From contig NZ_JAENYR010000010.1 of assembly GCF_016841685.1 (NCBI RefSeq), forward strand, positions 3,000 to 66,999: a DNA stretch of 64,000 bases, in the 5' to 3' direction. Positions 25,937 through 35,731 of this stretch are shown here, in pieces. The translations under genes and the position numbers were made by a program. Positions within the stretch are counted from its first letter, which is position 1. Each line of letters starts with the position of its first letter. The notes below the pieces were generated by a model. It was given only the letters and a program-made list of their open reading frames with translations. It was not told where the DNA came from and did no database searches. The stretch is from Thiohalomonas denitrificans (GTDB lineage Bacteria; Pseudomonadota; Gammaproteobacteria; Thiohalomonadales; Thiohalomonadaceae).

Positions 25937-27760
25937 TCAGGCATCGGCTTCGCTGACTGCCAGATTTTTACATTCTCTGAAGATGCGGTACTGGCAATTG
26001 CGGCAGATGTCGTGATTCAGGTGCTCGTTTACGATGGACTCAAGTGCTCTGGTCTTGGAGTTGAAAATGTTTTCATCGCCGATGGAAGTTATCAGTCCGG
26101 TACGACGAAGCATGTTGCAGACCTTGTCCTTCACTTCGTAGAGGTAGAGCCTGCCCCCCGCCTGCCGGCGCCGTTCGGCCTCCTTCGCCAACAGCTCGGC
26201 TCCCGCCATATCCACGAAGTTCATGCCTTTGGCGATCAAGAGCAGATGCTCCTCGGGGTCGATGGCCTGAAAGCGCTGTTCGACATAATCGACGGCCCCG
26301 AAGAACAGGGAACCATCGATGCGGATGATCTTGAACTGGGGACACGTCGCCAGGGTGCTATCGGTCGTGAAGGCGCGTTTGGGGTTTGCCGGATCCGGCA
26401 CGCGCGGCAGCACCTGTGGCCGGGAGGTACGCGACAGATAGATGATCAGCGAGAGCATCACGCCAAGCATGATGGCCAGCTCCAACTCCAGAAACAGGGT
26501 CGAGAAGAAGGTAGTCGCCAGAACACCCGTTTCCGAGCCGCTTGCTCGCAGGATATGCCGGATATGGTGAAAATCGATCAGGCCCCAGGCCACCATGAAC
26601 AGAATGCCGGCCATCGCCGCGTTGGGCAGCAGGTAGGCGTAGGGGGCGACGAGGATCACGATCCCCATCAGCATCACGCCGGCGAAGGCGGCGGCCAGCG
26701 GGGTACGGGCGCCGGCATCATAGTTGACCCCGGAACGGTTGAAGGAGCCGGTGGCCACATAAGAGGAGAAGAAGCTGCCCACGATGTTGGACAGGCCCTG
26801 GCCGAGGAACTCCTGGTTGCCGTCCAGGCGCTGTCCCGAGCGCACAGCAAGAGAGCGACCGATGGAGACCGCTTCGGTTAGTGCCAGGAGTGTGGCGGCA
26901 ACCGCCACGGGTGCCAGCTGACGGATGGTTTCGAGGCTCAAATCCGGCGTGGAGAGGGGCGGGAGTGAGGCCGGCAGGGCTCCGACGCTGCTGATACCCG
27001 TTACGTTCTGGCCATAGCGGTTGTTGAGTACGGCCGCCACGACACTGCCAACTGTCAACGCCGCGATCATGTAGGGGAACCTGGGAACGAAACGCTTCAC
27101 CAGGATGCCGGTCACCAAGGTCGCGGTGGCAATGCCGGTGACGTAGGGGTTAACTTCACCCAAACGGTGGAAAAGCTGGATGAAAATCTCGTGGAAATGG
27201 AGCCCCCGCTCCATTTCGAGACCGAAAAAATTCTTGATCTGACTGGTGCCGATCAGGATTGCGGCACCGGCGGTAAAGCCGACCACGACGGAATGCGAGA
27301 TGAAGTTGACCAAAGTTCCCAGGCGCACCATCCCCATGACGAACTGAATGATACCGACCATGAGTGTCAGCGTTATCGCCAGGCGCACAAACTCCGGTGA
27401 AGCCGGTTCGGCGAAGGTGGATAGGGAGGCGAAAAGTACGATCGAAGCGGCTGTAGTCGGCCCCGACACCAGATGCCAGGAGGATCCGAACAGAGCAGCG
27501 ATGATGGCCGGTACCATGGCGGCATAGAGACCATACTCGGGAGGCATCCCGGCGATTGCAGCGAAGGCAACGCCTTGGGGGAGGACGAGAACCGCCCCGG
27601 TCAGCCCGGCAATCCCATCAGCCCGGAGCGTGTGTCGATTCACCATCGGCAGCCAGCGAAGGAACGGAAAAATCCCGTACCAGTAGAGGCTGCACTGCCT
27701 GTCGGAGAGGGCTACGCCTGATTTCATAAGAACTTGCGACGCTCGAAGTGGATAATCCAC
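25937..27760 (-). CDS. SulP-family anion permease with STAS domain
   Basis: PQGVAFAAIAGMPPEYGLY, GSFNRS, LFFGAVD, MNFVDMAG motifs; start may be ATG 27727. Confidence 0.93.
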   Translation of the reverse strand: MDYPLRASQVLMKSGVALSDRQCSLYWYGIFPFLRWLPMVNRHTLRADGIAGLTGAVLVLPQGVAFAAIAGMPPEYGLYAAMVPAIIAALFGSSWHLVSGPTTAASIVLFASLSTFAEPASPEFVRLAITLTLMVGIIQFVMGMVRLGTLVNFISHSVVVGFTAGAAILIGTSQIKNFFGLEMERGLHFHEIFIQLFHRLGEVNPYVTGIATATLVTGILVKRFVPRFPYMIAALTVGSVVAAVLNNRYGQNVTGISSVGALPASLPPLSTPDLSLETIRQLAPVAVAATLLALTEAVSIGRSLAVRSGQRLDGNQEFLGQGLSNIVGSFFSSYVATGSFNRSGVNYDAGARTPLAAAFAGVMLMGIVILVAPYAYLLPNAAMAGILFMVAWGLIDFHHIRHILRASGSETGVLATTFFSTLFLELELAIMLGVMLSLIIYLSRTSRPQVLPRVPDPANPKRAFTTDSTLATCPQFKIIRIDGSLFFGAVDYVEQRFQAIDPEEHLLLIAKGMNFVDMAGAELLAKEAERRRQAGGRLYLYEVKDKVCNMLRRTGLITSIGDENIFNSKTRALESIVNEHLNHDICRNCQYRIFRECKNLAVSEADA

Positions 27761-27916
27761 TATCTTACGGAATAAGCATGTAGCAATTCAAATCGCCGGG
27801 TCGATAATAAATAGTTTATGTTAGTTGAGGCCGGTTCTTCTGGATAACCCGGTGGCGCATGGAAAGTTTCCACGATTAATGATGTCCGGCAGTATTGGAG
27901 GAGACAGGGATAGCAT

Positions 27917-27944
27917 AAAAAAACCCGGCCGTAGCCGGGTTTTT
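27917..27944 (-). terminator. Intrinsic terminator after soxA2
   Basis: AAAAAAACCCGGC-CGTA-GCCGGGTTTTT hairpin with U-tracts on both strands. Confidence 0.8.
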
Positions 27945-27964
27945 GTTCGGGCCGAGGTAGTGGC

Positions 27965-28828
27965 TTACTTACGGGTTCTCGATGCGCTTACGGGAACCCC
28001 ATTGCTCATGTAAGTAAGAAAGTACTCCAGCGCCTTGTACTCATCGCTCTGGGCCGGGAAGGGTTTGGCCCGGACCTGCTTGTTGCAGCCGCCGAAACGT
28101 CTGTGCATGGTTCCGAGGCCGCCCAGATCGTTGCTGTTATCCTTCGCGGCCCATTTCATTCGCCAGACTGGAAAGTGGCTCGGGTGACCGAGCGCGGGGC
28201 TCAATGTATCCGCACGGATACGCATGCCGGGATTGTCGACGTGGCAGTTGGCGCAGGACAGGTTCAACTGACCACGTTTGGAGTAGTAGAACTCCTTGCC
28301 CTTGTTATACCACTCCAGCGCCCGCGGATCGTCCGGCACTTCGACGTTGAGTTTCTTCCCGTCGGAGGTCGAAGCCATATATGCAGAGATGGCCGCCAGC
28401 TTGCCTACCTTCCATTTGAGCGGTGTTTCGCCATTGGCCTCCCGACATTCATTGATCTCCCCTTCCAGCGTTTTTATATCGCCGGATTCGGAGTCGAAAT
28501 AGGGGTAGTTTTGACGAATACCGATACCGCCGTTGGGAAAACAATCGGCGTAGGTCTTGCCGTTCGCGAACTTTTCATTAAAGAACTGTTCGCCCTGGAT
28601 GAGAGCTTCATCATACGGCGGGAAGTCCTCAATGGACTCCCAGGATGAGCGGGCATCCGCGTTGACGGCATATACCCCGTTGGTGTAATCGTCGACCGAT
28701 ACACCCGGGAAGCGTTTCATGTAATGCGCCTGGAAGTCTTTCAGGTCTTCCTCCGGCGATGCCTGAGCGACCAGCGGGCTACCGGCAACGACGGCCAGCG
28801 CCGCGGCCGCGGCTATCAACTTTTTCAT
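27965..28828 (-). CDS. soxA: SoxA monoheme c-type cytochrome (copy 2, type III-like)
   Basis: DDYTNGVYA, KRGQLNLSCANCH, HFPVWR, RRFGGCNKQVRA motifs. Confidence 0.95.
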   Translation of the reverse strand: MKKLIAAAAALAVVAGSPLVAQASPEEDLKDFQAHYMKRFPGVSVDDYTNGVYAVNADARSSWESIEDFPPYDEALIQGEQFFNEKFANGKTYADCFPNGGIGIRQNYPYFDSESGDIKTLEGEINECREANGETPLKWKVGKLAAISAYMASTSDGKKLNVEVPDDPRALEWYNKGKEFYYSKRGQLNLSCANCHVDNPGMRIRADTLSPALGHPSHFPVWRMKWAAKDNSNDLGGLGTMHRRFGGCNKQVRAKPFPAQSDEYKALEYFLTYMSNGVPVSASRTRK

Positions 28829-28899
28829 AGCAGGATCCTCCATCCTCCGAAAACGACATGGGGTATTTTTTGTTTTATTGAACGGGCTATTCGGCCCGA

Positions 28900-29214
28900 T
28901 CAGCGGATCGTGGTCTCGACAGAGTCGGACTCGCCCTTGTTATCCGCCCAACTCAGCGTGACTTTATCGCCCTTTTTGGCGCCTTCGAACTCGAAAGCGA
29001 GGTAGGGGTTGGTCGACACGGCACCACCCCAAAGGCCGGTGAGGACGTTTTCGCCTTCATGCGCGCAGTTCACTTCCTGAATGAAATGGGCGGGGATCTT
29101 TTTGCCCGTTTTCTTGTCCTTGCGCAGGCCGGTCTCCATCGGATGCTTGATGAGTGCCTTTACGTGACAGGTATCGCCCTTCTGTTGGGCCCGGATTTTG
29201 ATGGTCTTGGACAT
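28900..29214 (-). CDS. soxZ: SoxZ (copy 2)
   Basis: HPMETGLRKD, PAHFIQ, VSTNPY and WADNKG motifs. Confidence 0.97.
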   Translation of the reverse strand: MSKTIKIRAQQKGDTCHVKALIKHPMETGLRKDKKTGKKIPAHFIQEVNCAHEGENVLTGLWGGAVSTNPYLAFEFEGAKKGDKVTLSWADNKGESDSVETTIR

Positions 29215-29252
29215 TGCTTTTGTATTCCTCCAGATTTATTTGGCAGGACTGT

Positions 29253-29717
29253 TTAGCCGCCGCAGCCGCCGATGGTGACCTTGACCTCTTTGCGAGCGCT
29301 GTAAGCCTTTCCATCGGCTTTGACGACAGCGATGACATTGGAGGTCTCACCCATCTTGATGCGAGTGGAGATAGACGGCTTGGCGGAGGCGCCCAGCTGA
29401 TAGGAGGCAGCCAGCGGCGTACCGTTCTTCTCGGCGATGATGGTGACGGATTCGACATTGGGCAGATCGGCCGATACGCTGATCGGTACCACTGCGCCGT
29501 TTTCGGCGATGTCCGGTGCCTTAATGTTCACTGCATCGCTCGGCTCGGTCAGGTCGGAATCGTAGAGGCCCTTGAGAGCGTCCTGCACGGTTTCGGCTTC
29601 AAACGCGTTTTTTGGCCAATCGGCCAGTACCTGTCGGGGGCTCAGAAGACCGGCGCTCACAGCGGTTGCAACGGCTCCGCTGGCAAGGGTTCCCTTGAGG
29701 AAAATGCGACGTTTCAT
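29253..29717 (-). CDS. soxY: SoxY (copy 2)
   Basis: Tat signal RRIFLK, APDIAENGAVVP, KVTIGGCGG. Confidence 0.97.
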   Translation of the reverse strand: MKRRIFLKGTLASGAVATAVSAGLLSPRQVLADWPKNAFEAETVQDALKGLYDSDLTEPSDAVNIKAPDIAENGAVVPISVSADLPNVESVTIIAEKNGTPLAASYQLGASAKPSISTRIKMGETSNVIAVVKADGKAYSARKEVKVTIGGCGG

Positions 29718-29753
29718 GTTGACAACAACCTCGTTGATTAATGGATTTACGGG

Positions 29754-30125
29754 TTAAAGCATATAGATATATTCAACTATTTTGTCGATCTCCTGCTCAG
29801 ACAAAATTTCATGCCGGCCGAACGGTGGCATCATGCTGTTCGGATTGTTCTTGTTGGAATCCCAGATCTGGGCGCGCAGCGTGGTTTTATCCGGAAACCG
29901 CTCCTTCATATTGAACAGCGGCGGACCGATATTGCCGGGCATATCGCCGTCGTCGATCTGATGACAAGCAAGACAATTACCCTTCTTTTTATTGAAGGAC
30001 AGCTCTTTTCCCTGTGTGGCAACGCTCGGCTCGGCGGCAACGGTCACCTGCGGCACTATAGAAAAAGTGCCGAGGATTACCGCGACGGCGCTTGCGGAAG
30101 TGATGATTTTTAATGGTTTCCGCAT
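29754..30125 (-). CDS. soxX: SoxX (copy 2)
   Basis: KGNCLACH, GNIGPPL, MMPPFG motifs. Confidence 0.95.
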   Translation of the reverse strand: MRKPLKIITSASAVAVILGTFSIVPQVTVAAEPSVATQGKELSFNKKKGNCLACHQIDDGDMPGNIGPPLFNMKERFPDKTTLRAQIWDSNKNNPNSMMPPFGRHEILSEQEIDKIVEYIYML

Positions 30126-30440
30126 CTTTATCCTCCTCCAATGGTTTTTTATCTGTCCTGTGGGGGGACAGTCCGACTGACATCCTTGAAATCACTACAT
30201 GCCGGTTTGGCAACAAGCAACGTAGGTTTTCATCCTTAAAATAGCACGAGCTAATAGGCGAAATGTAGCTCAGCATGTTCCTTAGGATATACGAAGCAAC
30301 TCAGATGGCAAGCCTTGATTGTGGTCTAACTCATTATTTTTGTTGCTAAAATATATTAGCCGATACTGAAATGCGAACTTCGTTGCCATCGATGGATTGG
30401 CTCGGAAGACCTTGTCTTAGAAAGGAAATAAGCGAGTAGC

Positions 30441-31913
30441 TCAATCCTGGGCTTCGAGTTCAGCCTCCCGTTTGAACTGCTCCAGGCGCGCTCCGATACG
30501 GGATGCGATATAGAAGTTATTTTCCGTGTAGTTCTGGGCAGCAGTCAGCTGATCGATTGCGCTGTGAGTCTCGCCAATGCGGAAATAGTATTCTCCGAGG
30601 GCCAGCCGTGAGGCCGCTTCATGGCCAAGCGCCGCTTCGGCACGGCTGAGATGCTTGTAGGTTTCGGGAGGCGTACCAAGGCCGATGCGAATCGCCCGCT
30701 CGAATCGGTGCCGGGCTTTTTCGGGAGCGTCGGCACGAAGATGTGTCTCACCCAATGCGAGGAGAAGTTCGGGGTTGTCGGGATAGAGTTCGAGTCCGGC
30801 GTCGAGAAGCTGCGAAGCCACCTCGTAGCGCTCCGCCTCTGTTTCCAACCGGGCCAGTTCGGTTCGATAGGCGATGCGTTCGGGTGCCTCTCCCACGAAC
30901 GACATCAGGATCCCTCTGGCAGCCTCGATATCGCCGCTCGCTCTGAGGGCCAGCGCGAGGGCGAAACGGTCGGCCTTTTGGTTGGTCGATCGCCCGGAAT
31001 CCAGACGAGAGCGCAACCGACGGGCGAGTTCAGCCGGATCTTTCGATAAGCGGACCTCAAGTTTGGCCCTGGTGGTCCAGTAGTCGGATTGCGGCCGGCT
31101 CGAAGTATCGGGAAAGGCACGGGCACGCCCTTCGGCATCCGCGATGCGGGCCTGGTTGACCGGGTGGGTTTGGAGAAACTCCGGCGCACCGCTGCCGTAG
31201 TATCGGCTCTTTTCCTCCAGCTTCCGGAAAAATCCGGCCATGCTCTGCGGGTCGTAACCGGCGGCTGCAAGGGTATCGATGCCGAGACGATCCGCCTCTT
31301 TTTCGTGGGCACGGGTAAAATCCAGCTGCATCTGGGCCGCACCGGCGGTGGTGGCTGCGATGGTCGCCTCCGCCAGTTGTGGATTCTGGGCGCCGAGCAA
31401 AATCGCCGCGACCACCGCGGCCGTCATCGGCAGATTCATGCGATTGGCCTTTTCGAAGCCGCGCGCTAGATGGTTCTGTGTGACATGGGCAATTTCATGG
31501 GCCAGAACCGCTGCCACTTCATCCTCGTTTCGAGTAGCGGTTATCAAACCCGCATGGATCCCGATATAGCCGCCCGGCATGGCGAAGGCATTGATGGAGG
31601 GTGCATCCACCAGGAAAAAGGTGAACTCGCGGGGTCCGTATTCGCCGGCCGCCAATAGTCGGTAACCGAGCGATCGCACATAGCCGGCGAGCTCCGGAGT
31701 GTCGATAATTTTCCCCGCCTGGTACAGCTGCCGCCACATCGCCTTTCCGATGCGCTGCTCTCTTTCCGGCGTCAGAACGGAGGCGGAGGCATCGCCCATA
31801 TCCGGCAGTGAGGAGGCCTCCACCATCGGGAGGGTGGGGGAGAGCGAAAGTGCCGTGCTCAGGGCAACAACAGCTGCAAGTCTCTTGTGTCGGGCGAATC
31901 CGGGTAGGTGCAT
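30441..31913 (-). CDS. bepA: M48 metalloprotease/chaperone with TPRs (BepA/YfgC-like)
   Basis: LPDMG, INAFAMPGG, VLAHEIAHV, HEKEADRLG and FLQTHP motifs plus TPR C-terminus. Confidence 0.88.
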   Translation of the reverse strand: MHLPGFARHKRLAAVVALSTALSLSPTLPMVEASSLPDMGDASASVLTPEREQRIGKAMWRQLYQAGKIIDTPELAGYVRSLGYRLLAAGEYGPREFTFFLVDAPSINAFAMPGGYIGIHAGLITATRNEDEVAAVLAHEIAHVTQNHLARGFEKANRMNLPMTAAVVAAILLGAQNPQLAEATIAATTAGAAQMQLDFTRAHEKEADRLGIDTLAAAGYDPQSMAGFFRKLEEKSRYYGSGAPEFLQTHPVNQARIADAEGRARAFPDTSSRPQSDYWTTRAKLEVRLSKDPAELARRLRSRLDSGRSTNQKADRFALALALRASGDIEAARGILMSFVGEAPERIAYRTELARLETEAERYEVASQLLDAGLELYPDNPELLLALGETHLRADAPEKARHRFERAIRIGLGTPPETYKHLSRAEAALGHEAASRLALGEYYFRIGETHSAIDQLTAAQNYTENNFYIASRIGARLEQFKREAELEAQD

Positions 31914-31971
31914 CGGCTCGGTTGTCTGAATACTCGGTTATTGGGTATTTGACGGCACCCCCCCTTCGGCA

Positions 31972-32108
31972 GGTAACCGCCTACTTTCGAGCGAGCGGTG
32001 TCGGTCCTGATATCAGGTCGGCGGCCGCACGACTGCATGCATGCAGAAGGTAGAACAAAGCAGGAGCAGTTGTCGAGGGCGCGGTGGACGTCGAGCACAC
32101 AGGGATGT
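31972..32108 (+). repeat. Family A repeat copy 3 (truncated)
   Basis: ggtaaccgc...gcgagcg...tgatatcaggtcg...cacgactgcatg...ggtagaacaa...gtcgag...acagggatg matches copy 1. Confidence 0.7.
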
Positions 32109-32258
32109 TTACAGCCTACTTGGTGTCAGGGCCACTTCTACTAGTCCAGCACAGATTCTGCAGGGGTAACCAGCTCGCCGACACGGAACCTATGAGTATG
32201 CGTTCTCCCTGCTCTTGCAGGTCGGCTACTTTGAATCCTGGCAAATTGTTTATAAATT

Positions 32259-32276
32259 TATTAGCATTCGCTAATA
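32259..32276. promoter_or_regulatory. 7-4-7 inverted repeat upstream of rhd
   Basis: TATTAGC-ATTC-GCTAATA, 20 bp before the rhodanese ATG. Confidence 0.45.
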
Positions 32277-32296
32277 GAGTCGTAATCGGAGGCTGC

Positions 32297-32617
32297 ATGT
32301 TTAACTTCAAGGAAATCGACGCCCACCAATTGGACCAAATGCTGAATGACGATGGCCTGCAGGTCAAACTGATTGATGTCCGAAGCCCAATGGAGATTGC
32401 TCAGGGAGCTATCCCCGGTGCGGAGCACATCCCCTTGCATCTCCTGCCGGCCCAAATCGATCATATTCCTGAGGATCATCCTGTGGTATTTTATTGTCGT
32501 ACCGGTGCCCGCTCAGGGCAAGCCTGTGCCTATCTGTCCCAGTTGGGACGTGGAAACACTCTTAATCTACGCGGCGGTGTCATGGCCTGGGTGCAGGGTG
32601 GCTTGGCGGTGGCATAA
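32297..32617 (+). CDS. rhd: Single-domain rhodanese (sulfurtransferase)
   Basis: LIDVR, AIPGA and active-site loop FYCRTGARS, LRGGVMAW. Confidence 0.92.
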   Translation: MFNFKEIDAHQLDQMLNDDGLQVKLIDVRSPMEIAQGAIPGAEHIPLHLLPAQIDHIPEDHPVVFYCRTGARSGQACAYLSQLGRGNTLNLRGGVMAWVQGGLAVA

Positions 32618-32927
32618 TCACCAGCCATTGCTCAAGAGCATCGCAAGTGACCGAATTCAAACGTAAAAACTCCCTGTCCCCCGGTATTGATTAGTTATGT
32701 ACCATAAAGGGGTACTTGCTTTCGTTGCGTGCTTATCATATAAGGGAAATATTGAATTCTAACTTAGTTTCCATCCGTAGATGGGTGCGTAGTGAAAGCA
32801 TCCCAGGTGGGGCTGAATCAGGGCCTTTATGGACGGGAACCGGTTAACTACCCGGCCAAGTCTTCTGTTTCCGAGCAGACTTGGCTTTTTTCTTTTTTTT
32901 GTTGTCACCTATATAAGGAGAGAGAAA

Positions 32928-33158
32928 ATGGCGAACTTCGACCAAGAACTCGATGCTTCCGGACTGAATTGCCCGCTGCCCATCCTGCGTGCGAAAAAGA
33001 CGCTCGGTTCCATGGAAACCGGCCAGATCCTGCGTATCGTTGCCACCGATCCGGGTTCCGTAAAAGATTTCGAAGCCTTTTCCAAGCAGACCGGTAACGA
33101 GCTGATGGAGTCCGGTGAAGAGGGCGGCAAGTTCACCTTCCTGATCAAAAAGGCCTGA
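32928..33158 (+). CDS. tusA: Sulfur carrier TusA
   Basis: LDASGLNCPLPILRAKK, ATDPGSVKDF motifs. Confidence 0.96.
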   Translation: MANFDQELDASGLNCPLPILRAKKTLGSMETGQILRIVATDPGSVKDFEAFSKQTGNELMESGEEGGKFTFLIKKA

Positions 33159-33326
33159 ATCGGCCACTTACCGCAAAGCCGATGGACGGGGATGGGAGGC
33201 CGCTGCACCAGGTTCGGCTTTCAGGGAGTCTCATCGGCGCCTTCGCGGTGATCTTTTGAATCATTCCGGGTGCCATGCCCGGGAAAATCTCACACCGGGT
33301 TAATGACAACCAGGGGGGCAGTCTCT

Positions 33327-33797
33327 ATGTCGGACCAGAAAAAACTCGCCATCATCGCTACCAAGGGAACGCTGGACTGGGCATATCCGCCCTTCATCCT
33401 GGCTTCCACGGCAGCCGCACTGGGTTACGAGACCCAGATCTTCTTTACGTTCTACGGCCTCAAACTGCTGGACAAGAAGCTGGATCTTCAGGTTACCTCG
33501 TTAGGCAACCCGGGCATGCCGATGCCCATGCCTATGCCGGTGTTGGTACAGGCACTGCCAGGCATGCAGAGCATGATGACTTCGATGATGAAGCAAAAAA
33601 TGAAGTCCAAGGGCGTTGCCAGCGTTGAGGACCTGCGGGATTTATGTCTGGAGGCCGAGGTTAAAATGGTCGCCTGCCAAATGACCGTGGACCTGTTCGA
33701 GATGGATCCGAAAAACTTTATTGATGGCATTGAGTTTGGTGGCGCGGCGACGTTCTTCGAATTCGCCGGCGAATCGGATATCTGCCTCTACGTTTGA
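33327..33797 (+). CDS. dsrE2: DsrE2-like sulfur carrier
   Basis: TKGTLDWAYPPFILASTAAA, FFTFYGL, ACQMTVDLF motifs; rhd-tusA-dsrE2 context. Confidence 0.92.
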   Translation: MSDQKKLAIIATKGTLDWAYPPFILASTAAALGYETQIFFTFYGLKLLDKKLDLQVTSLGNPGMPMPMPMPVLVQALPGMQSMMTSMMKQKMKSKGVASVEDLRDLCLEAEVKMVACQMTVDLFEMDPKNFIDGIEFGGAATFFEFAGESDICLYV

Positions 33798-33850
33798 CAT
33801 CGTTATGTCATTCGCAGGCAGCCTGTCGGGCCAAGTCCGACCGGCTGCTA

Positions 33851-33877
33851 AAAACCCCGCTCCGGCGGGGTTTTTTT
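33851..33877 (+). terminator. Intrinsic terminator after dsrE2
   Basis: AAAACCCCGC-TCCG-GCGGGGTTTTTTT. Confidence 0.85.
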
Positions 33878-33888
33878 GTGTTTTCGTC

Positions 33889-34021
33889 GTAACTACTCAC
33901 CCCCTCCGTCATTCCCGCGTAGGCGGGAATCCAGAGAACAGAAGCATGGCTCAAAATGGATCCCCGCCTACGCGGGGATGACGGATTTCCTGCGTGCGCG
34001 ATCACCCGGGCGAACAGTTAC
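33889..34021 (-). mobile_element. MITE family B copy 2 (133 bp, lacks the internal duplication)
   Basis: Ends GTAACTACTC...GAACAGTTAC; inner GTCATTCCCGCG.AGGCGGGAATCC palindrome is the reverse complement of copy 1's core. Confidence 0.8.
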
Positions 34022-34095
34022 TTTTTGTTTTCTCTTTTCCCGGCTTTCATCCCTGAGTCAATGCAGGGGTGCCACATTAGTAATCTCGCAATCGC

Positions 34096-34111
34096 TTATA
34101 TTTTAATATAA
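34096..34111. promoter_or_regulatory. Palindromic operator candidate TTATATT-N2-AATATAA (copy 2)
   Basis: TTATATTTTAATATAA; about 30 bp upstream of a sigma70-like -35. Confidence 0.5.
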
Positions 34112-34142
34112 ATATTAGTAGATTCGGATTATGCAAATACGG

Positions 34143-34171
34143 TTGACAGTTTTATGTCGCCTAAATAATGT
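34143..34171 (+). promoter_or_regulatory. Sigma70-like promoter of the FadL-type gene
   Basis: TTGACA (34143-34148), 17 nt, TAATGT (34166-34171). Confidence 0.55.
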
Positions 34172-34377
34172 TACTGGCCAGTGACGGATTGCTTTTAAAG
34201 GTGATTCGTCTATAACAATAAGTAGTTGCCATAAAAAAAACGTACCAGTCGTCCGTGAAAAAGAATTTTTCAAGGAGAGAGCACATGAGCTTCCATTGCG
34301 CAGCGTCCCGCAAATCGATCATCATCACCAAGACCGTCAATAAGTCTAACTGCAAGCCCACCGTGGGGAGTGGCTAC

Positions 34378-35631
34378 ATGAAACCAACCAGGATTGCCTT
34401 GGCCGTCGCTGCCGCCGGCATGATTTCAACCCCTGCTTTTGCCACCAACGGCGATAACCTGATCGGCCTGGGTGCCCAGTCTCGTGCGCTGGGGGGTACC
34501 GGCACCGCCGCTTACTACGGCTCGGAAAATGCATTGTCCAACCCCTCGTTGTTGGCCAAGGCCCAGGGCAGCGAGTTCGCCATCGGCGGCACCCTGTTCA
34601 TGCCGGATGTTAAAGCCGAGACGAATGTTGCTAGCGCGCCTGGAACAAGTGCAAGTCAGACCAGCGACGCCGACACCAACATCATCCCCGAAGTCTCCAT
34701 GTCCCACCGCATCAACAACAACTGGACCTTCGGTATGGGGATGTACGGCACCGCCGGTATGGGTGTCGACTACCGCGATAACGGTGGTGCGCCGGATGGT
34801 ACTGGCCTGTTCAACGCCACGACCAATCTTTCGCTGATGAAGTTTGTCCCGGCCCTGGCCTATAACGACGACCGCTACGGCTTCGGCTTCGCCCCGGTCA
34901 TCCAGTACGGCGCTCTGGATATCAACTATTCAGCTGTGGGCTCACCTTTCGCTGGCACCGGTGTCTCCGATGACATCGGCTTCGGCGCCAACCTGGGTGC
35001 GCACTTCGACGTTAATCCGGGCCTGACCCTGGCGCTGGCCTATCAGTCGGCCATCGACATGGAGTATGAAGACCAGCTCACAAATGCGGCAAACGGTTTC
35101 CAGGTAGGCCCTGGTGACCCTTTTGAAACTATTACCTCTGACAATCTGGAGCAGCCGGCGGAGATCAAGCTCGGTGTGGCCTATGACGTGAACCCCAACT
35201 GGATGCTGACCGCCGATGCCAAGCAGATCCAGTGGGGCTCCGCCAAGGGCTACGAGGACTTCAACTGGGATGACCAGATGGTCTACGGGCTGGGCGCCAA
35301 GTACTCCGGCAACGGCTTCTGGGCCGGCTTCGGCTACAACCACGGCGAAGACCCGATTGAAGTGCTCGATAACTCGAGCTACTCCAATCAGGCCATCAAT
35401 CTGTTCAACAATCATTTCTTCCCGGCCATTACCGAAAGCCACTACACCTTCGGCGGCGGTTACAGCCTGAGCAAGACCACGACGCTGGAGGGCGCGTTCG
35501 TCTATGCGCCGGAGGTCGACAAGACAATCGATACGGGTTTCGTTAGCGGACAAGCTGATCCGGAAGCGACACAGCATGAAGTAAAGCATTCTCAAACGGG
35601 TATTACTGTCTCGCTGCGGATGAACTTCTGA
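34378..35631 (+). CDS. OmpP1/FadL/TodX-family outer-membrane channel
   Basis: Signal peptide ending AFA; GLGAQSRALGG...NPSLL hatch motif; beta-strands; terminal Phe. Confidence 0.88.
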   Translation: MKPTRIALAVAAAGMISTPAFATNGDNLIGLGAQSRALGGTGTAAYYGSENALSNPSLLAKAQGSEFAIGGTLFMPDVKAETNVASAPGTSASQTSDADTNIIPEVSMSHRINNNWTFGMGMYGTAGMGVDYRDNGGAPDGTGLFNATTNLSLMKFVPALAYNDDRYGFGFAPVIQYGALDINYSAVGSPFAGTGVSDDIGFGANLGAHFDVNPGLTLALAYQSAIDMEYEDQLTNAANGFQVGPGDPFETITSDNLEQPAEIKLGVAYDVNPNWMLTADAKQIQWGSAKGYEDFNWDDQMVYGLGAKYSGNGFWAGFGYNHGEDPIEVLDNSSYSNQAINLFNNHFFPAITESHYTFGGGYSLSKTTTLEGAFVYAPEVDKTIDTGFVSGQADPEATQHEVKHSQTGITVSLRMNF

Positions 35632-35731
35632 TCGGGAACGAGTAATCAACAGAGAGACGGCGTAACGGGTAACAGGTCGTCCGGCCTGTTACCCTGTTTT
35701 GGACGAAAACAATCTCAGGCTTGTGATGAAC

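Noticed and set aside
30257-30281. GGAAC-N16-CGCC on the minus strand upstream of soxX2
   Set aside because: The -10 element deviates from CGTT at two of four positions; too weak to include sox2 in the ECF regulon without data
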